Shown: piece by piece, positions 1 to 9,898 of the stretch
How the letters are laid out: each line of letters starts with the position of its first letter
How positions within the stretch are numbered: position 1 is the first letter of the stretch
Assembly: GCA_039589315.1 (NCBI GenBank)
Contig: JBDHHQ010000007.1
Coordinates: forward strand, 48,201 to 112,200
Direction of reading: 5' to 3'
DNA length: 64,000 nt
Source: Gemmatimonadota bacterium
Lineage (GTDB): Bacteria; Gemmatimonadota; Gemmatimonadetes; Longimicrobiales; Gaopeijiaceae
Translations under genes and position numbers: made by a program
The notes under the pieces: generated by a model
Seen by the model: the letters and a program-made list of their open reading frames with translations, nothing else
Database searches by the model: none
What the model was told of the DNA's origin: nothing

Positions 1-405
1 AATCACGCCCTCGTTGGCACCCTGCCGGAGCTCACCGAACAGAAGGGCAATGACGAACCCCTGCTCCCGTTCGGTGCAGCGGCCCAAGAGGTGCGATAGC
101 AGTCGCTTGCGGGCCTCGACCGACCCCGACCCGGTGGTGGATTGGACGTCGCTGAAGATGCGGTCGAGGTCGTGGAGCGTCATCGCCGGGGTCGCTGCCG
201 GTTCCACGGGCAGGGCATCCCGGAGCACGGCTGTACCCACGCCGATTCGACCCTGGCGGACCCGGCCGGAAAGAAAGCTCACTGCCAGCCCAAATCGGCC
301 TGGACCCGCGTCCCGGAGCGCTTGGGCCAGGTGGTGGACCTTTTCCCGACGCCCCGAGGCCATGCGGACGCGCTCCGAGGTGTCTACGAGCGTTGCCAGC
401 TTCAT
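1..405 (-). CDS. ligB: ATP-dependent DNA ligase, N-terminal DNA-binding domain (partial, runs off window start)
   Basis: Not in the ORF track. My minus-strand translation from ATG 405: MKLATLVDTSERVRMASGRREKV...SFLSGRVRQGRIGVG...GSGSVEARKRLL...EREQGFVIALLFGELRQGANEGVI. This matches the pattern of the actinobacterial LigB N-terminus (IGVG, ELRQGA). Confidence 0.85.
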   Translation of the reverse strand, partial: MKLATLVDTSERVRMASGRREKVHHLAQALRDAGPGRFGLAVSFLSGRVRQGRIGVGTAVLRDALPVEPAATPAMTLHDLDRIFSDVQSTTGSGSVEARKRLLSHLLGRCTEREQGFVIALLFGELRQGANEGVI

Positions 406-442
406 GACTGCAATGCGGTCCGCGCGGTCCCGGGGCTTCGCC

Positions 443-1645
443 CTACGTGATCGGCCCGTCCAACTCCTCGATGGTGGCAGTGGAGGGGCCGCGCTCGGCC
501 TGGAGGCGGCGGGCAGCTGCCTCCACGTCTCTCATGACACGGAGCATGTTGTCCGCCGCCAGTTGGCGCAGCTCCGACTCGAACCAGCCTCGGCGGGACA
601 GCTCGGCGAACAGACTGGGGTATGTGGACACGTCCTCCAACCCTACGGGTCCCCGGTCGATGCCGTCGAAGTCTCCGCCGATGGCCACGTGGTCGATGCC
701 CGCCACGTCACGGACGTGCTCGATATGATCGGCCACGTCGGAGAGTGAGGCGCGGGGGGCCTGGCCGCGCTCCGACTCCGGCACGGCCTCCATCTGCTCT
801 CTCCAGAGCCTCACCTCCTCGTTCACGAACGACTCGACGAACGTGACCATGACCACGCCCCCGTTCTCGGGCAGGCGACGGAGCACCTCGTCCGGGACGT
901 TCCGGTTGTGCCCGGTCAGCGCCTTGGCCGAGGAGTGGGAGTAGATCACCGGCGCTTCGACTACGTCCAGGACGTCGTGCATCGTGGCGGGTGAGGTGTG
1001 GGACAGGTCGACCAACATCCCCAGCCAGTTCATCTCCCGCACCACCTCCCTGCCGAACGCGGTGAGGCCCTCGTGTGCCGCCTCGCCCGTCCCCGAGTCG
1101 GCCCAGTCGATCGTGCTGCCGTGGGTGAGAGTCATGTACCGGGCACCGAGCGCGTAGAAGGCGCGAAGCGCGCCCAGGGAGTTCTCGATGGCGTGTCCTC
1201 CCTCCATCCCCAGTAGTGATGCGACCTTTCCTTCGTGGAAGACGCGCATGACGTCGTCTGCCGTGAGGGCCAGCTCCAGGTGCTCCGGATGGTCGTCGAT
1301 CACCTGTAGGGCGATGTCGATCTGCTCGAGCTGGATCCGGGCGGCACCCTCTTGCACGGCGTCGAACGGCACGTAGACGGACCAGAACTGCGCACCCACC
1401 ATGCCCGCCCTGAGGCGATCCAAGTCGGTGTGGCCCACCGCTGCACCCGCGATGTCATAGGCGCGGACGTCGCGTGGGGCATCCTCCGACTCCCGGATGG
1501 CCCAGGGCAGGTCATTGTGGCCGTCGAAGAGCGGCACGCTGGAGAGGACCCGCTTGGCGATCTCCATGTGCTCGTCGTTGTCCTGAGCCGAGGCGGAGAT
1601 CGGAATCAGGGAAGCGGCCATGGCGATGAGGACGGCTCTGTTCAT
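443..1645 (-). CDS. Membrane dipeptidase (peptidase M19), secreted
   Basis: Motifs DGHNDLP, GAQFWSVYVP, GMEGGH, VDLSH, YSHSS, RNVPD, GGDFDG; signal peptide MNRAVLIAMAASLIPISASAQ. Start trimmed from the 1104-aa ORF. Confidence 0.93.
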   Translation of the reverse strand: MNRAVLIAMAASLIPISASAQDNDEHMEIAKRVLSSVPLFDGHNDLPWAIRESEDAPRDVRAYDIAGAAVGHTDLDRLRAGMVGAQFWSVYVPFDAVQEGAARIQLEQIDIALQVIDDHPEHLELALTADDVMRVFHEGKVASLLGMEGGHAIENSLGALRAFYALGARYMTLTHGSTIDWADSGTGEAAHEGLTAFGREVVREMNWLGMLVDLSHTSPATMHDVLDVVEAPVIYSHSSAKALTGHNRNVPDEVLRRLPENGGVVMVTFVESFVNEEVRLWREQMEAVPESERGQAPRASLSDVADHIEHVRDVAGIDHVAIGGDFDGIDRGPVGLEDVSTYPSLFAELSRRGWFESELRQLAADNMLRVMRDVEAAARRLQAERGPSTATIEELDGPIT

Positions 1646-1981
1646 AGGTCGATGCGGGATCGGGATGAAGGACGGTGAACCGGCGGCGTACCGGTCTGGG
1701 GCTGCACGTCGGTAGCGTTGATACGACTGTGGCCGGCGGAAGTGCCGTCCCCGGGCGTCACGGGCCTGCAACCGTACCTCGCGTCTGGCGGCCGAGCATC
1801 TCGACGCACCCACCGGCCGGCCGCGCGCAAACGAATCGGGCAGCTGCCCCTCCCGGCCAAGCCAATGCGGCAGATTCGTGCGAGTGCCGGCTTTCCCGCC
1901 CAGCTTCGTATCGGTAGGATGACGGGCTTCGCCTCCGGCACCCGGGCCAGGAGGATTCACACACGCAGCCGTCCCTGACCG

Positions 1982-4900
1982 ATGCAAGCAAACGCGCGCC
2001 GCCCCCTTCTCACCTTGTGGGCAATGGCGATGGCCATGACCACGGCCCTGCAGGCACAGCCCGCCGAAGACCCGAACGTCGTGCACGACCCCAGCCTCTT
2101 CTCGGCTCTCGAGTACCGGACGATCGGGCCCTACCGGGGTGGCCGGGTCACTGCCGTGACCGGGATCGCCGACCGGCCCTTCACGTTCTTCATGGGCTCC
2201 ACGGGCGGCGGCGTCTGGAAGACGGTCGACGCGGGCGAGACCTGGGAAAACGTCTCGGACGGCGACTTCGACGTCGGCTCCATCGGAGCCATCGACGTCG
2301 CCGACTCGGACGCCAGCGTGATCTACGTCGGCACAGGCTCGGCGGGCATCCGGGGCAACGTGTCCATCGGGCGGGGCGTCTACCGGTCGTATGACGGGGG
2401 CAAGAGCTGGGAGCACGTGGGCCTCCGGGAGGCCGGTGCCATCAACCGCGTCGTGGTCCATCCGGAGGAGCCCGAGCTGGTGTACGTGGCTGCCCTGGGT
2501 AACCCGTTCGGGAAGAACGAGGAGCGGGGCGTCTTCCGCACCCGGGACGGGGGCGAGAGCTGGGAGAAGGTCCTCTTCGTGGCCGACAGCGTGGGTGCCA
2601 TCGACCTTGCCATGAATCCCGCCAATCCCCGCGTGCTGTACGCCGGCATGTGGCGGGCCGAGCGGAAGCCCTGGACGCTGGTGGACGCGTCCGAGGACGG
2701 GGGGGTCTTCAAGACCACGGACGGTGGCGACACCTGGGAGAAGCTGGCCGGAGGCTTGCCCGAGGGCCTGACCGGGAAGATCGGCCTGGCCGTATCGCCG
2801 GCGAACCCAGACCGGGTCTGGGCGCTGGTGAACGCGCACGACCCCGAGGGCGGCGTCTACCGCTCCGACGATGCCGGTGCCACCTGGGAACGGGTCAACC
2901 GGGACCACAAGCTGCGGCAACGGCACTGGTACTACTCGCACATCGATGCCCACCCCACCGACGAGAACACCGTCTTCGTCCAGAACACGCGGTTCTACCG
3001 GTCCATCGACGGTGGTGGGGAATTCGATCAGATCGACGTGCACCACGGCGACGTCCACGACCTGTGGATCAATCCGACCGACCCGGACATCATGATCGTG
3101 TCCAACGACGGAGGCGCTCAGGTCAGCCTCACGGGCGGGGGTAGCTGGTCGACACTGCTGAACCAGCCCACCGCCGAGTTCTACCGCGTCACCGTCGACG
3201 ACCAGTTCCCCTACCGGGTGTACGGCGCCCAACAGGACAACTCCACCATCACCGTGCCGTCGTGGAGCCCCGGCGGCATTACGCCGACCCAGGAGTGGTA
3301 CTCGGTGGCCGGAGCAGAGAGCGGCCACATCGCCGTGACCCCGGGGAATCCGGACCTGGTCTACGCGGGGAACTACCTGGGTCGAATCGATCGGTACGAC
3401 CACAGGACGCGGTCGGCCCGCAACGTCATCGCCTACCCCCAAATGCAGGACGGGACGGCGCCCAAGGAGCTGAAGTACCGGTTCCAGTGGAATGCGCCCA
3501 TCGTCATCTCGCCCCACGACCCGGAGACCGTGTACCACACGTCCAACTACGTGCACCGCACCCGGGACGGGGGCATGACGTGGGAGACCATCAGCCCCGA
3601 CCTGACCACCAACGACACCACTCAGCAGGAGCTGCCCGGCGGGCCCCTCCAGCACGACCACACCGGGGTCGAAGTCTACAACACGGTCTTCGCCTTCGCG
3701 GAGTCGCCGCACACGGCCGGAGTGCTGTGGGCAGGGAGCGACGACGGGCTGATCCATCTATCGCAGGACGCCGGGGCATCGTGGACGAACGTGAGCCCTG
3801 CCGACATGCCGGACCAAGGCACGGTGAACGCCATCGAGCTCTCCCCCCATGCAGAGGGCCGCGCCTACGTCTCGGTCTACAACTACCGGATGGACGATTG
3901 GCGACCGTTCGTCTTCAGAACGAACGACTTCGGTGCCACGTGGACGCTGCTGACGGACGGACGGAACGGGATCGCCGTCGATACCCCGGTCCGGGTGGTG
4001 CGGGAGGACCCCGAACGGGAAGGGCTCCTTTACGCGGGCACCGAGTTCGGCATGTTCGTGTCCTTCGACGACGGTGCGCACTGGCAGTCGCTCCAACTGA
4101 AGCTGCCTCGAACGCCTATCACCGACCTTCGCGTGTACCGGGACGATCTGGTGGTGGCGACGCAGGGGCGCTCCTTCTGGATCCTGGACGACCTGACGCC
4201 TCTCCACGACCTGGGCACGTGGACGGCTGGCGAGTCGCCCCACCTCCTGTCCCCCCGGCATGCCTACCGCGCGAGCATGTCGGGCCGATACCGGGGTGAC
4301 CGCGCGCCTGAAGCGCCACCACAGGGGGCCACGATCCACTACCACTTGAACGAAGCCCCCGAGGGCGAGTTGACCGTGGAGATCCTCGACGGTGAGGGCA
4401 GGGTCCTGCGGACGTACACCGGTGCCGCGGAGGACGAAGAGGACGAAGAGGATGAGGACGAGGACGAGGACGAGGACGAGAACGAGAAGGAGCCCGACAA
4501 GACCGAGTTCATCGAAAGGAAGGATCGGGCTCCTCAGAAGGCGGGCCTGAACCGCCTGGTGTGGGACTTGAAGGCTCCGGGTCCCCGGACGCTCCAGGGG
4601 TCGGTCATGTCTCTGGGCTACACCGGTGGCGCCTGGATTCCGCCCGGTACCTACCAGGTGCGGCTGTCGGTCGACGGCTGGTCCGACACGAGGGAGCTGG
4701 AGGTCCGGGCCGACCCCCGCCTTTCCGTGAGCCAGGAGGATCTGGACGAGCAATACCGTGTGACCCTCCAGGCCCGGGACATGGTGACCGCGTCCCACGA
4801 GGCCATTCGTGCGATCCGGCTGGCCCGCGGGCAACTGACCTCGGCCGTGGTCCGGGTTCAAGCCGGGGACCACGGCGATGAGGTCGAGAAGCGCGTGCGC

Positions 4901-5227
4901 GAGGCTGCGGATTCGGCGGCGGCCCACCTCACCGTGGTCGAGGAGCGGCTGATCCAGACCAAGAACGAGTCCGGCCAGGATCCTATCAACTTCCCGCCCC
5001 GGCTCGACAACCAGCTCGTCTACCTGTACGGGCACGTCAACGCGGCGTACGGCCCACCGACCCAGGGCGCGATGGAACGCCTGACCGATCTTCGCGGCGA
5101 GCTGGACGCTCGGTTGACTGAGCTGGAGGCGCTCCTGTCCACCGAGCTGGCGGACTTCAACCGCCTGCTGGAGGAAGCCGGTGTCCAGAGCGTGGTCGTC
5201 CCGACGGGACGCAGGCCTGTTTCGTAG
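1982..5227 (+). CDS. VPS10/sortilin-like BNR (Asp-box) beta-propeller protein, putative glycosyl hydrolase
   Basis: Signal peptide; IGPYRGGRV start motif; many S/TxDxGxxW Asp-boxes; RFQWNAPI; C-terminal Ig-like domain and helical tail. Confidence 0.88.
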   Translation: MQANARRPLLTLWAMAMAMTTALQAQPAEDPNVVHDPSLFSALEYRTIGPYRGGRVTAVTGIADRPFTFFMGSTGGGVWKTVDAGETWENVSDGDFDVGSIGAIDVADSDASVIYVGTGSAGIRGNVSIGRGVYRSYDGGKSWEHVGLREAGAINRVVVHPEEPELVYVAALGNPFGKNEERGVFRTRDGGESWEKVLFVADSVGAIDLAMNPANPRVLYAGMWRAERKPWTLVDASEDGGVFKTTDGGDTWEKLAGGLPEGLTGKIGLAVSPANPDRVWALVNAHDPEGGVYRSDDAGATWERVNRDHKLRQRHWYYSHIDAHPTDENTVFVQNTRFYRSIDGGGEFDQIDVHHGDVHDLWINPTDPDIMIVSNDGGAQVSLTGGGSWSTLLNQPTAEFYRVTVDDQFPYRVYGAQQDNSTITVPSWSPGGITPTQEWYSVAGAESGHIAVTPGNPDLVYAGNYLGRIDRYDHRTRSARNVIAYPQMQDGTAPKELKYRFQWNAPIVISPHDPETVYHTSNYVHRTRDGGMTWETISPDLTTNDTTQQELPGGPLQHDHTGVEVYNTVFAFAESPHTAGVLWAGSDDGLIHLSQDAGASWTNVSPADMPDQGTVNAIELSPHAEGRAYVSVYNYRMDDWRPFVFRTNDFGATWTLLTDGRNGIAVDTPVRVVREDPEREGLLYAGTEFGMFVSFDDGAHWQSLQLKLPRTPITDLRVYRDDLVVATQGRSFWILDDLTPLHDLGTWTAGESPHLLSPRHAYRASMSGRYRGDRAPEAPPQGATIHYHLNEAPEGELTVEILDGEGRVLRTYTGAAEDEEDEEDEDEDEDEDENEKEPDKTEFIERKDRAPQKAGLNRLVWDLKAPGPRTLQGSVMSLGYTGGAWIPPGTYQVRLSVDGWSDTRELEVRADPRLSVSQEDLDEQYRVTLQARDMVTASHEAIRAIRLARGQLTSAVVRVQAGDHGDEVEKRVREAADSAAAHLTVVEERLIQTKNESGQDPINFPPRLDNQLVYLYGHVNAAYGPPTQGAMERLTDLRGELDARLTELEALLSTELADFNRLLEEAGVQSVVVPTGRRPVS
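4430..4492 (+). repeat. Low-complexity GAG/GAC/GAA codon tract encoding a poly-acidic insert
   Basis: gaggacgaagaggacgaagaggatgaggacgaggacgag... translates to EDEEDEEDEDEDEDEDENEKE. Confidence 0.85.
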
Positions 5228-5336
5228 GATGCGCACGGCGCTCGCCGGATGCCTGAGGCTGACATGGCACAGGGAGCGGAGATACGACCGCACCCGTGCG
5301 CCAGCGCTCGAGGACAAGCCGACGGCTCACGGCGCG

Positions 5337-5372
5337 GCTCCGGGCTCGGGCCTCGACCCGAGGGGCCGGAGC
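5337..5372. terminator. GC-rich hairpin between convergent genes
   Basis: GCTCCGG..CTCGGG-loop-CCCGAG..CCGGAGC; no U-tract. Confidence 0.35.
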
Positions 5373-5377
5373 AGCCC

Positions 5378-7150
5378 CTAAGGCGCGGGTAGCTCCCGCC
5401 AGTTGTCGTCGCGGTCGGTATCCGGCAGCACGAACCAGGGGTCGAGGACCACGAAGGGAGGGCGCTCGGGCGTGACCATCCTCACGGTCTGAGTGACGGC
5501 CGAGCCGTCGACCACCTCCACGTGGTCCCCCGCCAAGACGACCACCGGCATCCAGGCGTCACCCCGCCGGATCACCTCCACCTCGGTCACCCAGTCGCCG
5601 GCCTCGTCCTGGCGCTGCTCGATAGCACCCAAGGCGTAGTCCAGCGTCGCGGTGGAGTGGACCCACTGGTCGAAGAACCAGCCCAGGTCCTCGCCCGAGA
5701 CCTCCGCCATGGCGCTGTGGAAGTCCTCTTCGGTCACGTGTTGCAGCTTGTTGCGATCGTAGTAGGTGCGGAGTGCCTCGCCGAAGACGTCGTGGCCCAG
5801 GTACTCCCGGAGCATGCGGTACATGACCTCCGCCTTGTCGTAGGCCAGGTGGCCATACGTGGAAAAGTCGGGCATGTCCTCGGACAGCGTGTCCATGGGC
5901 ACCGGCACGCCGGCCGCCTCCCTCCGGGCCACCCCAGCTACCGTGGCGCTCCACGGGTCAGCCTGACCGCGGTCTTCCATGAACCAGGACACCAAGAACG
6001 AGGCCATGCCCTCATCGAGCCAGGCGTCGCGCCATTCGTTGTTGGCCAGTATGCCGTGGGCGAACTGGTGCGCGGTCTCGTGGGTGATCAGACCCTGGCT
6101 CGAGCCCCCGTTCCCGATGAACATGGGAAACTCGGTGCCTCCGGTGTCCAGCCGGTGGGTGATGGTGAGCTGGGGCCACGGGTATTCGCCCAGGGTCTCC
6201 TGAAGCCAGCCCAGGGCCCGGGCGGTCTTCCGAACCACGGCGCCCAGGTCCCACTCCACGTCGCCGGGGAGGAAGAGGACGTGGATCGCCACGTCGCCCA
6301 GGTGCCCTCCCTCGTACATGTAGGCCGGATCGGTGGCCCAGGCGAAGTGGTGGACGTCCTCCGCGTAGAAGCGCACCCGCTTGCGCCCGGGGGCGAGCTC
6401 CTGGGGTAGGAAGTCCGGCGAGACGGGCGCTCGCGGTTGGGCGTAAAACCCCGTCACGTCCACGGGGTCGCCGCCCGGACTGTCCCCAGTCGGGCGCCAC
6501 CCGGGGTCCCCCTCGAGCGGCACGCCCGTCGCGCCCACGACCTGGTCCTCGGCCAAGTCCAGGGTGACGTCGTAGATGCCGAACTCGCCGTAGAACTCGC
6601 CCTGGGGATAGAGCGGGTGGGGCTGCCAACCATACCGGTCGTAGGGCGCGATGCGGGGATACCACTGGGCGAAGTCGTAGTGGCGCCCCTGCCGGCACTG
6701 GCGTCGGCACAGGGTGGCCGGGCGTGCGTCCCACTCGAAGCTCACGACGACGGAGTCGCCGGGCTCCAGTGGATCGGGGAGGTCCACCCTGGCCACCGTC
6801 GAGTCGGGGGCGTGGGGGAACGTGACCTCCAGGGGCCGGTCTCCGACGCGCATCCGATGAAGCCGCTCGTACCCGTAGTCGGGATCCTCGAGGGCGCCGA
6901 ACTGGAGGCTCTGACGGCGCTCCACCCTGGACCAGATGCTCCCGGGCCTGAACGCGTTGAGGTGCAGATGGAAGTAGAGCTCTTCCAGCGCGTCCGGCGA
7001 GCGGTTGTGGTAGACCATGGTCCCACCCGCCCGCAGGACCTCCGCCTCCTCATCGAGCTGAGCCTGGATGGTGTAGTGGACCTCTTGTTGCCAATAGTCG
7101 TTCGGCTCGTGCGCCTGCGCCACGAGGATCAATGCCAGAATTGGGACCAC
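5378..7150 (-). CDS. M1 family zinc aminopeptidase, secreted
   Basis: YWQQ N-terminus, AQWYP, EFYGEFG, VHHFAW, HETAH...WLDEG, AYDKA. GTG start at 7150 follows an AGGAGG RBS. Confidence 0.92.
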   Translation of the reverse strand: MVPILALILVAQAHEPNDYWQQEVHYTIQAQLDEEAEVLRAGGTMVYHNRSPDALEELYFHLHLNAFRPGSIWSRVERRQSLQFGALEDPDYGYERLHRMRVGDRPLEVTFPHAPDSTVARVDLPDPLEPGDSVVVSFEWDARPATLCRRQCRQGRHYDFAQWYPRIAPYDRYGWQPHPLYPQGEFYGEFGIYDVTLDLAEDQVVGATGVPLEGDPGWRPTGDSPGGDPVDVTGFYAQPRAPVSPDFLPQELAPGRKRVRFYAEDVHHFAWATDPAYMYEGGHLGDVAIHVLFLPGDVEWDLGAVVRKTARALGWLQETLGEYPWPQLTITHRLDTGGTEFPMFIGNGGSSQGLITHETAHQFAHGILANNEWRDAWLDEGMASFLVSWFMEDRGQADPWSATVAGVARREAAGVPVPMDTLSEDMPDFSTYGHLAYDKAEVMYRMLREYLGHDVFGEALRTYYDRNKLQHVTEEDFHSAMAEVSGEDLGWFFDQWVHSTATLDYALGAIEQRQDEAGDWVTEVEVIRRGDAWMPVVVLAGDHVEVVDGSAVTQTVRMVTPERPPFVVLDPWFVLPDTDRDDNWRELPAP

Positions 7151-7213
7151 GTTTCCTCCTCTTGGTTCTTCACATGGGCCGAGACCGGATAACGTCCGAC
7201 GTATGTGGGCGCA

Positions 7214-7450
7214 ATCCCCTTGAACCGGCTTCCCGAGATCAAGCGACGTGCTCCCGAGTTGTATGACTCGCTCGAGTACCACACGTCCGGGACCAAGCTA
7301 CTGCTCAAGTTCGTGTTCAGCCGGGAGATCTCGCTCTTCAACCGGATGATCCGATCGGAGCGAGGGGGCGTGCCGCTCAGCGACGATGCGACGCCGGATC
7401 GGGCCGTCCTCGCTGAGGAAGCCGAGCCGGCGAGCAGCGACGCGGCCTAG
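7214..7450 (+). pseudogene. C-terminal fragment of a DEGS/sphingolipid delta-4-type fatty acid desaturase
   Basis: IPLNRLPEIKRRAPELYDSLEYHTSGTKLLLKFVFSREISLFNRMIR resembles the segment after the last His-box of DEGS-like desaturases. There is no room upstream for the rest of the gene. Confidence 0.65.
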
Positions 7451-7535
7451 CGAGCGACACCGGGTCCAAGCGTTTCCAGGACCCCCGCTGATCAGAGCCG
7501 GCAGGGGCCCACCCGCTGATTGGCAGGGCCAGCTC

Positions 7536-9203
7536 CTACCGCGAACGAGACAGGAACGCCCTCGCGTTTCGAACAGCCTCCGGGTGCGCGTCGGCGTCCG
7601 GCGACGACAGGATTCTCTCGTACAGCCTTCGGGCCTCGGCGACGTCGCCCTCGCGTGCCGCGAGTGCGGCCGCGTTGGCCAGGATCACGGCGTGTTCCGG
7701 CTGAAGCTCGAGGGCGTCAGCGTACAGCTGCCTCGCGTCGGCAATACGCCCGAGCATCCAGCTGCTGTTGCCCATGCCCAGCAGTGCTTCGGCGTTCTGT
7801 TCCAGTTCATTCCACTCGGTATACGCCCGCAGGCTCTCCTCGTACCTCTCCAGCTTGGCCAACTGCTGCGCGAGGGCGCGGAGCAGCTCCGACCGGTCGT
7901 CTTCTTCGGCGACCCGCTCCAACCCGAGGCGGTACGAGCCGAGAACCGTTTCGAAGCTCTCGATGCGCTCGTAATGCAATCCCAAGCCGAGATACCCGAC
8001 GGCGCGAGCCGAATCCTGCGCCACGACCTTCGACCACAGCGTCTCCTCGCTGCGCCAGTCCCCCAAGGATCGCCCGGTCAGGAACGTGAAGCAGCCGAGG
8101 ACCAGTGTCGCCACGACGAAGGCCGACCCCGGCTGTGTCGATCGCAACGCGCCCGTGACCGCGACCCCGATCGCGACCATCATGACCGAAGGGAGGTACA
8201 GGAACCGGAGCGCGAAAACTCCCACCTCATGGAAGCCGAGCAGGAGGGTCACGGCGCTGGTACATGCTCCCCACAGCACCCAGAAACGCAGGTCAGGACG
8301 ACGCACGAAGAGCGCCACGAAGAGGGCGGTGGCTGCGGCTCCCAGCGCGATGTCCAACCAGCTCGCCACGCCGCCGACCGGATAGCTGAAGTGGACCGGG
8401 TTTGGCCAAGGAACCAGCAGGTATCGAGCCGTCAGCAGGGACTGCTCGAGGGACCGCACCAACCCGACCCCCGAAAAGGCCAGGCCCGTTCCTCCCACCA
8501 CGGCGCCGCGCACGACGACGAACATTCCGACGAGGCCGGCCGCTACCCAGTGCCGCCAGCGGTGCGGTGGCGGCACGCGGCCATACGTCAGGAGGTCGAA
8601 CGTCAACAACAAGACCGGAAAGACGACGGTCGTCTCTTTGACGAACACCGACCCCGTGAAGAGCGCTAAGCTAGCGAAAAGCACACCCGCGTTCCGGGAC
8701 TCCCGATAGTGCAGATAGGCCAGGAAGGCACCGAGGAAGAACATTCCCGCGACGACGTCGGTGCCGCCCGAGATCCAACCCACCGCCTGCGCGTGGGCCG
8801 GGAACAAGCCGAAAGCCAGGGCTCCCACCCACCGGACCCACTGCGGGTATTGCGGGAAGATCGCGTCGAATATGCGCAGGACGAGCAGGGTGTTGACGAC
8901 GTGGGCCAGGAGGGTCGCTGCGTGGAACCAATAGGGATCGGGTCCAGCCAGCGCATGGATGACGAAGTACCACAAGAGATAGAGGGGGCGATAGAGCCTG
9001 CCGTCGGTGAGCTCGAAGGCGGAGCTGGCCCAGACGCTTTCGGTGAAGAACCGGGGAATGGCGCTTGCCGACCCCAGGTAGGGGTTCTCCCCGATCATCG
9101 GCCAGTCATCGGAGATGAATCGGCCGGCCAAGCTCCTGAGATAGGCCAACGCCACGATGGCCACGGTGCTCAGATAATACAGTGGCGTCGGAATGCGCTG
9201 CAC
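7536..9203 (-). CDS. TMTC-like GT-C membrane glycosyltransferase with C-terminal TPR repeats
   Basis: FISDDW, YRPL, PAHAQAVGWISG, VKE, RFLYLPS, WRSEETLW; multiple TM segments, then TPRs. Start uncertain (GTG 9203 chosen). Confidence 0.82.
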   Translation of the reverse strand: MQRIPTPLYYLSTVAIVALAYLRSLAGRFISDDWPMIGENPYLGSASAIPRFFTESVWASSAFELTDGRLYRPLYLLWYFVIHALAGPDPYWFHAATLLAHVVNTLLVLRIFDAIFPQYPQWVRWVGALAFGLFPAHAQAVGWISGGTDVVAGMFFLGAFLAYLHYRESRNAGVLFASLALFTGSVFVKETTVVFPVLLLTFDLLTYGRVPPPHRWRHWVAAGLVGMFVVVRGAVVGGTGLAFSGVGLVRSLEQSLLTARYLLVPWPNPVHFSYPVGGVASWLDIALGAAATALFVALFVRRPDLRFWVLWGACTSAVTLLLGFHEVGVFALRFLYLPSVMMVAIGVAVTGALRSTQPGSAFVVATLVLGCFTFLTGRSLGDWRSEETLWSKVVAQDSARAVGYLGLGLHYERIESFETVLGSYRLGLERVAEEDDRSELLRALAQQLAKLERYEESLRAYTEWNELEQNAEALLGMGNSSWMLGRIADARQLYADALELQPEHAVILANAAALAAREGDVAEARRLYERILSSPDADAHPEAVRNARAFLSRSR

Positions 9204-9475
9204 GGCCTCTGGTTCGGATCCCACGTCAGGCGCGGGGATCGGTGCTCGGGTTGGACGGAGCCGCCGCGATGGCCGTCGGGTCAGTCCAGATCGAGCCAGT
9301 GGCGTCCTCCAAGCCCTACCTCCGGATCGGGTCGACAATCAGCACGTCCGTGAACCTGGGCGCGGCAAGCTAACGCCAATGCGGCTCTGCGCGACTCAGC
9401 GGCTGACAGGAAGATCGGCTAGCTTAAGTGCCCCGGCGCAGAATCACCACACAATCCAACACGGTCGGCATCGAA

Positions 9476-9809
9476 ATGGCCTCTGATCTGAGTTTCGTCG
9501 AGTACGTGGTGGACCAGCTCGCCGAGGACTGTGCGGTCACCTACAAGAAGATGTTCGGTGAGTTCGGCCTCTACAGCTGACGGGAAGCTGTTCGGGTTGA
9601 TCTGCGACAATCGGCTCTTCGTGAAACCCACGGTGGGCGGTCGCGCGTTCATCGGGGACGTGGTCGAAGCGCCACCCTACCCGGGGGCCAAGCCGAGTCT
9701 CCTGATCGAGGGGCAGATCGAGGACGGAGAGTGGCTGAGTGAGCTGGCGAGGATCACTACGCGCGAGCTACCGGCTCCGAAGCCCAAGAGGCGGAGGAGG
9801 AAGGGCTGA
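9476..9809 (+). pseudogene. TfoX/Sxy N-terminal domain protein, frameshifted
   Basis: MASDLSFVEYVVDQL...YKKMFGEFGLYS* stops at 9578-9580 and continues in the +1 frame as DGKLFGLICDNRLFVKPT...PYPGAKP. Confidence 0.85.
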
Positions 9810-9898
9810 TCTCGAGCCCCTCAGGCAGCCCCGCTCAGATCGAGGCTGCCCGGACCGTGCCTTCGGGCCCAAGTCGGCGCGTCCGCCGCAAGCGTCAG

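Noticed and set aside
1646..5317. Long antisense ORFs (the extension of 443..3757 and 3758..5317) and similar ones elsewhere, e.g. 18945..21014, 35520..37817, 60589..62325
   Set aside because: They mirror well-supported genes on the opposite strand, have no family motifs, and are expected shadows at high GC3.
9570..9585. Programmed +1 frameshift (prfB-like UGA-C) or selenocysteine at the tfoX stop
   Set aside because: The codon before TGA is AGC, which cannot re-pair in the +1 frame. Homology continues out of frame, so readthrough would not restore the protein.
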